From a virus, in IMG/VR virus record IMGVR_UViG_3300026097_000015, positions 37,545 through 101,544 of that record: a DNA stretch of 64,000 nucleotides; one strand, 5' to 3'. Under the pieces are notes generated by a model that was not told the origin of the DNA, searched no databases, and saw only the letters and a list, made by a program, of their open reading frames with translations. Below are positions 57,927 to 64,000 of this stretch, piece by piece; position 1 is the first letter of the stretch, and every line of letters begins with the position of its first letter. A program made the translations under genes and the position numbers.

Positions 57927-59551
57927 TGTCAGATAATCAAAGAATATTCGTAAAGACGGATGACCTGCTGCCAGAAGATACAACGTTTAAACAGCAAGAT
58001 CCATTTAATAAAAGCTGGGACAACCTTAAAGTTTTGTCTGGCCTAGATTCAAATTTTAAACGTAGAACAACTCGCATGATTAAAAATTATAACGAGTCAA
58101 CCACTACAGCGGCTGGCGTAGACACCAATAATAGACAGTACCTAGAAAGTGCTTCTGCAGTAAGCACTGGTCGTGACGGAACACATTCTAAAGAAATTAA
58201 TCCAGGAGATGTATATCGTAATGGGTATGGCTTGTTTGACGTAATCACCCCTCCTTGGAATCTTTACGAGTTGGCTAATTTTTACGACACCTCGTTTGCA
58301 AATCACGCAGCCATTGACGCAAAGGTAGAAAACATTGTAGGTCTTGGTTATGACTTTGAAACAGCTCAGAGCACAATGCTTAGGCTGGAAACGGCAATGA
58401 ATGCAGATCAACAAGACAGGGCTCGTAATAGGATTGAAAGAGCAAGAATTGAGCTTAGGTCCTGGTTAGAAAGTCTTAATGACGACGACTCTTTTACAAA
58501 TACAATGATGAAGTTTTATACTGATGTGCAGGCAACTGGAAACGGATACCTTGAAATAGGAAGAACTACTAGCGGAGAAATTGGGTATGTAGGACACATT
58601 CCTTCAACCACAATGCGTGTCAGAAGAAAACGAGATGGTTATGTACAGATTATAGGAAACAAGGTAGTTTACTTCCGTAACTTTGGGGCAAAGAATCAGA
58701 ACCCAGTTACAACTGACCCCAGACCAAACGAAATTATTCATTTTAAAGAGTATTCTCCTCTGAACACTTTTTATGGTATTCCAGACATTATGTCAGCCAT
58801 TACCTCTTTGCAGGGAGACCAGCTGGCCTCTCAATACAACATTGACTACTTTGGAAATAAAGCAGTTCCAAGGTATGTCGTGACGGTAAAGGGTGCAAAG
58901 CTTACAGAAGAGGCTGAGGACAAGCTATTTAGGTTCTTGCAGACTAGCCTTAAAGGACAGTCACACAGAACTCTCTACATTCCTCTGCCTGGAGATACTG
59001 AAAATAATAAAGTTGAATTTAAGATGGAGCCTATTGAAAGCGGCATTCAAGAGGCATCTTTTAAAGAGTATCGTAAGCAGAACCGTGATGATATTCTTAT
59101 TGCACACCAGGTACCCTTGTCAAAGATCGGTGGTGGAGACTCTTCCAATATTGCCTCTGCACTTGCTCAAGACCGTACCTTTAAAGAGCAGGTAGCTAGA
59201 CCATCTCAAAAGAATCTAGAAAAGATGATCAACAAGATCGTTACAGAAAAAACCGATATCTTGGAATTTAAGTTTAAAGAGCTAACACTTACAGATGAGA
59301 TAGCACAGTCTCAGATACTTGAGCGTTATGTTAAGAATCAAATTATGGTTCCTAATGAAGCAAGACAAGCTCTTGGCCTGCCTCAAAGAAATGATGGAGA
59401 TACTCCTTTTACAATGGGTGCTCGACAGGCAGCAGACTCCAGGGCAAATGGAAACAGGCAGCGAGATGCCGAAAGAAATAATTCTCAGTCAGATGGGTCC
59501 GCAACTTTGAGTGGTAGGAATCCACAAGGAGAGGGCAGGTCTTCAGAGTAA
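57926..59551 (+). CDS. Portal protein (PBSX/HK97-like)
   Basis: TGNGYLE, EIIHFK, YGIP, YF.N.AVP, ILIAHQVP, PNEAR..LGLP. Confidence 0.93.
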   Translation: MSDNQRIFVKTDDLLPEDTTFKQQDPFNKSWDNLKVLSGLDSNFKRRTTRMIKNYNESTTTAAGVDTNNRQYLESASAVSTGRDGTHSKEINPGDVYRNGYGLFDVITPPWNLYELANFYDTSFANHAAIDAKVENIVGLGYDFETAQSTMLRLETAMNADQQDRARNRIERARIELRSWLESLNDDDSFTNTMMKFYTDVQATGNGYLEIGRTTSGEIGYVGHIPSTTMRVRRKRDGYVQIIGNKVVYFRNFGAKNQNPVTTDPRPNEIIHFKEYSPLNTFYGIPDIMSAITSLQGDQLASQYNIDYFGNKAVPRYVVTVKGAKLTEEAEDKLFRFLQTSLKGQSHRTLYIPLPGDTENNKVEFKMEPIESGIQEASFKEYRKQNRDDILIAHQVPLSKIGGGDSSNIASALAQDRTFKEQVARPSQKNLEKMINKIVTEKTDILEFKFKELTLTDEIAQSQILERYVKNQIMVPNEARQALGLPQRNDGDTPFTMGARQAADSRANGNRQRDAERNNSQSDGSATLSGRNPQGEGRSSE

Positions 59552-59572
59552 AACATGGTATAATTAAACATT

Positions 59573-60145
59573 ATGTCATGTATTGTAGAGGGTTGCGAAA
59601 GTAATAAGATTGTAGCAAAATCTCTATGCTCTAAGCATTATCATAGACAGCATCGATACGGCAGTACGGCCTTTGTTAAACAAAACAAAACTCCACCAAA
59701 ATTTTGTACGGTAGATAACTGCGAAAGAAAGCCAAAAGCTAGATCACTATGCGAAGCACATTATGCCAGGTTTAAAAGGCAGGGGGACAGTTTTGACAAA
59801 ACACCCATCAGATCTAATAGCTACTATACAGCTACCGATGTGTGCATGATTCCCAGATGTCAAGAGCAGCCTCATTCTAAAAAAATGTGCAGAAGTCATT
59901 ATGCCCAACAAAATAAACACAAAATAAACTTTGAGGATATTCTAGATCTTTTTTCAGAAGGCTGTCAGACTTGCGGTAGTTTTGATGCCCTTACCATCGA
60001 TCACGACTACAAGGTATGCTCTGAATCCTTTGCTTGTGAAAAATGCTTTAGGGGAGTTATTTGTGGTCCATGTAACAGGGTGCTAGGCCTCGTAAAAGAT
60101 AATTCAACAATTTTAAAAAATATGATAAATTACATTCAAAAATGA
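59573..60145 (+). CDS. Endonuclease VII-like homing endonuclease with three Cys/His zinc repeats
   Basis: C.V.GC....LC.KHY repeats; IDHD...RGVIC..CN..LG. Confidence 0.8.
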   Translation: MSCIVEGCESNKIVAKSLCSKHYHRQHRYGSTAFVKQNKTPPKFCTVDNCERKPKARSLCEAHYARFKRQGDSFDKTPIRSNSYYTATDVCMIPRCQEQPHSKKMCRSHYAQQNKHKINFEDILDLFSEGCQTCGSFDALTIDHDYKVCSESFACEKCFRGVICGPCNRVLGLVKDNSTILKNMINYIQK

Positions 60146-60179
60146 AATTGTAATAAAACTGTGATATAATTAATTTGCT

Positions 60180-61556
60180 ATGAATATTTCTAAGGCTGCT
60201 CTGACCACCGAAGGCTCTTCGATCCACTTCGCTTTGCCTATCTCAAAGGTTGACAAAGAGCGAAGGATTGTTTCTGGATTCGCAACAACAGATGCACTAG
60301 ATAAGCAAGGGGACGTGGTTACCCAAGAAGCTTCCATGCAAGCATTTTCTAAATTTAACAAAAACATCAGAGAAATGCATCAGCCAGTAGCAGTTGGCAA
60401 AATGATAGATTTTAAAGAAGATAAGTATTTTGATGCAGAAACAAAAAAGTTTTATAGCGGAGTTTACGTATCAGCCTACATATCAAAAGGTGCCCAGAAC
60501 ACCTGGGAAAAGGTTTTAGATGGAACTCTTTCAGGTTTTTCCATCGGGGGTAGGATGAATAAGTGGGATGATGCCTACGATGAGAAGTCAGATGCTCAGG
60601 TTCGTATTATTAAGGACTACGATCTCGTAGAGTTGTCTTTGGTAGACAACCCTGCAAATCAGTTTGCTAGCATTATGTCTATAGAAAAAAATGCAGACGG
60701 TCAAGATGTCATCACAGGCGATGTAGCAGAAACCACACTAGAAAATGTTTTCTGGGATAAAGATTCAGGCATCGTAATTCTTTCAGAGGAAAGCTCTGCA
60801 GAAAGCCCAGTAAGTGGCAAGCAGATGGAAAATATAGGTTTCGTTGAAAAACTAGATGACGAAAAGACAGAAATGATAAAATTCTTAGTTGATAGTGCTA
60901 AGGGCATTGACACTAAGATTAACAAGGAGGTAAGTCCTATGACTGAAAACACAGAAGCAGTAGTTGAAGAGACCGCTGTAGAAAAATCAGAAGAGGTCGC
61001 TCCAGAGGCAGATACCACCATCGAAGCCAATACCGAAAAGGCCGAGCACATGGACGAAGAGAAAAAGTCTATGAACGAGGATGAGGAAAAAATGGAGAAC
61101 GGTGAAGAGGAAGAAGAGATGAAGGGCTACAAAGACAAGGCAAAGGCAGAAAAAGCTGACGCCGACATCGATGAGCCAGTCGCTGAGAAGTCCGATGAGC
61201 CAGAGGTATCTAAGTCAGATGAGGTTGCTGCACAGGTAGCAGATATTAAAGACAGCCTCACCACAGCCTTTAGCGATCTTTCAGTTGTTGTTAAATCCCT
61301 TAATGAGGAGATTGCAGAGCTGAAGAAGTCACTTGGAGACGCAACTAATAATTTGACAGAGCAGCTAGAAACTGTTAAGTCAGATGTTGCAGAAACTAAG
61401 AACGAGTTTGGAAAGAGGGTTGATGCTGTAGAGGCAGACACCGCTTTCCGTAAATCTGGCGATCTTGGCGAGATCGTTCAGGAAGCTCAGATAGAAAAAT
61501 CTGAGCAATCCCTATGGGGCGGTCGTTTCCTCAAAACTGCCGACTTATTTAAGTAA
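60180..61556 (+). CDS. Prohead protease fused to acidic scaffolding domain
   Basis: KVDKERRIVSGFA..D.QGD, IREMH, GFSIGG, ELSLVDNPAN; E/K-rich coiled coil. Confidence 0.9.
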   Translation: MNISKAALTTEGSSIHFALPISKVDKERRIVSGFATTDALDKQGDVVTQEASMQAFSKFNKNIREMHQPVAVGKMIDFKEDKYFDAETKKFYSGVYVSAYISKGAQNTWEKVLDGTLSGFSIGGRMNKWDDAYDEKSDAQVRIIKDYDLVELSLVDNPANQFASIMSIEKNADGQDVITGDVAETTLENVFWDKDSGIVILSEESSAESPVSGKQMENIGFVEKLDDEKTEMIKFLVDSAKGIDTKINKEVSPMTENTEAVVEETAVEKSEEVAPEADTTIEANTEKAEHMDEEKKSMNEDEEKMENGEEEEEMKGYKDKAKAEKADADIDEPVAEKSDEPEVSKSDEVAAQVADIKDSLTTAFSDLSVVVKSLNEEIAELKKSLGDATNNLTEQLETVKSDVAETKNEFGKRVDAVEADTAFRKSGDLGEIVQEAQIEKSEQSLWGGRFLKTADLFK

Positions 61557-61578
61557 ACAATCACTTAGGAGGTGAAAA

Positions 61579-62694
61579 ATGTCGGAAGAGATTAATAAAA
61601 ACTATCCAGGAGCAGGTTCTAACGAGGTTAACTCGGAAGGTGCCTTTGCATCTGGTGGAATTGGCGGAGTAACAGATCCAGGTGCAGACACACTTGGAAA
61701 TATTCCTACCGCTGAATTTGGCGTTACAAGTGGTCCTAATGCCGTAAATCCTTCGGGTGATGCTGGCAGCGGTATTCTCCGTCCAGAGCAAGCACGTCGT
61801 TTTATCGACTATGTTTGGGACGGTACAGTTCTCGCCAAGGATGGTCGTAGAGTTACCATGCGTGCAAACACAATGGAGCTTGAGAAGGTTAACGTTGGAG
61901 AGCGTGTTATTCGTGCTGCTAGTCAGGGCGATGCTACCTACACCAACGCAGGAGCTCAGTTCACAAAGGTAGAGTTAACAACCAAAAAGATCCGTTTGGA
62001 CTGGGAGGTTTCAGCTGAGGCACTCGAAGATAACATCGAAGGTGCAGCACTAGAAGATCACCTAGTTCGACTAATGACTAACGCATTCGCAAATGACATT
62101 GAGGACCTGGCCATTAATGGTACAGCGGACTCAGGTGATGGCGACTTCTTGAGCATCATGAAAGGTTTCGTTCCTAACGTAACCACTAACGGTGATGCAC
62201 ACGAAGCTGTTGTAACAGTCACAGACGATGCCTGGACTCCAGAGGTAATGCAGGAAATTATTCTTGCAATGCCACGTAAGTACCGTGCACTAAAGAACAA
62301 CCTAAAGTTCTATGCAGGTACAGACGCATTCCAGGGAATCGTAAAGAACAATGGAACCCTTGCTGACGCAATTGCTGAGGCATTTGCAGGTACCCCAGCT
62401 GGTACCGAGCAGAACCGCCAGCAGTATCTAGACGGTGTAGGCCAGACCTTTGGTGCTACACGCACAACACGTGTTCTAGGTATCGACGTAATGGAGGTTC
62501 CTTACTACCCATCAGGTTACGTTGACCTAACATTCCCAAGCAACCGCATCTGGGGATTCCAGCGTGACATCACTGTAAACCGTGAGTATGTGCCCAAGAA
62601 GGACACAGTCGAGTACACCGTATTCGTTCGCTTCGGTATTCAGTGGGAGGAAGAGGATGCAGTAGCATATGCAGACGCAGCTGCTGACAGCTAA
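61579..62694 (+). CDS. Major capsid protein (HK97 fold)
   Basis: GILRPEQARRF, EALEDNIEG, DIEDLAINGT; follows the protease; followed by a terminator. Confidence 0.93.
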   Translation: MSEEINKNYPGAGSNEVNSEGAFASGGIGGVTDPGADTLGNIPTAEFGVTSGPNAVNPSGDAGSGILRPEQARRFIDYVWDGTVLAKDGRRVTMRANTMELEKVNVGERVIRAASQGDATYTNAGAQFTKVELTTKKIRLDWEVSAEALEDNIEGAALEDHLVRLMTNAFANDIEDLAINGTADSGDGDFLSIMKGFVPNVTTNGDAHEAVVTVTDDAWTPEVMQEIILAMPRKYRALKNNLKFYAGTDAFQGIVKNNGTLADAIAEAFAGTPAGTEQNRQQYLDGVGQTFGATRTTRVLGIDVMEVPYYPSGYVDLTFPSNRIWGFQRDITVNREYVPKKDTVEYTVFVRFGIQWEEEDAVAYADAAADS

Positions 62695-62712
62695 TCCCTG
62701 ATCACATGTATT

Positions 62713-62746
62713 AGAGGGGCAGGGCATCTTAGCCCTGTCCCTCTTT
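62713..62746 (+). terminator. Intrinsic terminator after capsid gene
   Basis: GAGGGGCAGGGC...GCCCTGTCCCTC-TTT. Confidence 0.8.
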
Positions 62747-62780
62747 ACATATCTGGTATAATTTAATAAGGAGGATTACT

Positions 62781-63194
62781 ATGGCAGAAACAAGCAAAAG
62801 CAAAAAGACAAGCAATAGCAAAAAGGCTAAGCCTGCGGAGACAAAGACTACTGAGTCACAGCCAGAAGATAGCTTAATTACAGCCGCTTCAAAAAGAAAA
62901 ACGCCTAAGACACAAAGAGAAGTAATTGGACAAACAAAAAATGGGGCAATTGGAGTTGAATCGGTATCCATAAAGCCAAAGAAAGTTGCATCTAGCGAAG
63001 GAAAGTCAGTTGCAAAAAAGAAAAAAGAAACTGTAGCTATTTATTCTAATAGAAATGTTAGCTGGAGTGCAGTAGGAAAAGTTTATAGGGGTTACAATAT
63101 AGTGACTCAAGAGCAAGCAGACAAGTGGTTGACTAGAAGTCACTGTCGCTTGGCTACCCCAGAAGAGGTGGCACAGGAGTTTGGAAAAGGTTAA
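62781..63194 (+). CDS. Basic hypothetical protein
   Basis: TGGTATAAT promoter plus AGGAGG SD; RLATPEEVA. Confidence 0.75.
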   Translation: MAETSKSKKTSNSKKAKPAETKTTESQPEDSLITAASKRKTPKTQREVIGQTKNGAIGVESVSIKPKKVASSEGKSVAKKKKETVAIYSNRNVSWSAVGKVYRGYNIVTQEQADKWLTRSHCRLATPEEVAQEFGKG

Positions 63195-63198
63195 TTAA

Positions 63199-64000
63199 AT
63201 GCAGCTACTTAGAGTCGCACCTTATGATTTATCTGTAACTTTAGAAGTAACATCTCCAGTTACAGAGTATGAGTATATTATTACTGACTTGTCTGATCAG
63301 TCAAGTCTGGTTTTAAATGTTACATCAAATGCAGACTCTCAAGTTGAGATACCGCTTTCAGCAGAGTTTGACACAAGCTATCTTATTGAAATTGACGGGG
63401 AAGATGCAGAGGTAGAGGTTGTTAGGCCTTATGTAAACCCCAACAATATGGCGACTTCTATTGAAGATATAAATCTATACGCAAAACATGAAGAGCTTGC
63501 AAGAGCTGTAATTGACTCTATTATTACAGAGGGCTTTTACTATAAAAAGCACGTATTGCAGACCTCTGGGCTAGGGGCTGACTATCTACCTCTTTGGTCG
63601 AATGCTAAAAAAGTTCTAAGGGTATACGAAAACAATATTCTTATATTTGACGCAACTGATCCAGATAATTATGAAAGATCTTTTGAAATTACCAAGGATA
63701 AGAGCGCTATTACCGAATCTGCTCCAGGACTTAAGAATAGGCTAGAAGGTGCAGCCGTCCAGTTGCCCTCAGCAGGATCTGACTGGCTGGACGTAAAGTA
63801 TGAATTTAAAGGATTTCCTAAAACTTTTGATTACACCATCATCTTTGAAGAAGGTTACAGAAATGTTCCATCAGATATTAAAAGAGCAGCAGAGCTTCTA
63901 GTCGAGGACATATCGTGTGGCAAACTTGATTATTTTAAAAGATATGTCACTCAATATGATAATGATCAATTTAAAATTAAGTTTGACGACAAAACTTTTG
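63199..64000 (+). CDS. Head-completion/adaptor protein (3'-truncated by window edge)
   Basis: Open frame MQLLRVAPY...ARAVIDSI...GY..VPSDIKRA. Confidence 0.65.
   Translation, partial: MQLLRVAPYDLSVTLEVTSPVTEYEYIITDLSDQSSLVLNVTSNADSQVEIPLSAEFDTSYLIEIDGEDAEVEVVRPYVNPNNMATSIEDINLYAKHEELARAVIDSIITEGFYYKKHVLQTSGLGADYLPLWSNAKKVLRVYENNILIFDATDPDNYERSFEITKDKSAITESAPGLKNRLEGAAVQLPSAGSDWLDVKYEFKGFPKTFDYTIIFEEGYRNVPSDIKRAAELLVEDISCGKLDYFKRYVTQYDNDQFKIKFDDKTF

Overview
The window is a segment of a large, AT-rich, tailed dsDNA phage genome. The host is most likely an actinobacterium (inferred from WhiB, FmdB, class Ib nrdE/nrdF/nrdH, an r1t-type holin and many leaderless genes). No integrase, terminase or polymerase is visible. 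Layout: (1) 1-20.4 kb holds nucleotide metabolism (nrdE, nrdF, nrdH, thyX), five tRNAs, a lysis cassette, chaperones (Hsp20, GroES), glycosyl-/methyltransferases and small genes. (2) 20.4-36.1 kb is a host-takeover-like region of tiny genes, bracketed by a 34-bp imperfect inverted repeat. It is punctuated by a repeated multi-part regulatory module: an AAATGTCC-N8-TGnTAnnnT promoter (about 17 copies), a fixed-spacing CCASGA-N14-TCGTAA box (11 copies), 11-bp-phased RTAAC repeats and TCGAC cores. It also has a private GAAAGTAGG ribosome-binding site (10 copies) with a terminator loop antisense to it, three covarying 3'-UTR pseudoknots, DnaA boxes and candidate sRNAs. (3) 36.2-64 kb is a virion module: fibre and adaptor genes, four seven-bladed beta-propeller genes, a glycosyltransferase/sulfotransferase/APS-kinase cluster, SSB, portal, protease-scaffold, major capsid and head completion. 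All calls come from reading the sequence by eye; no database search was run.
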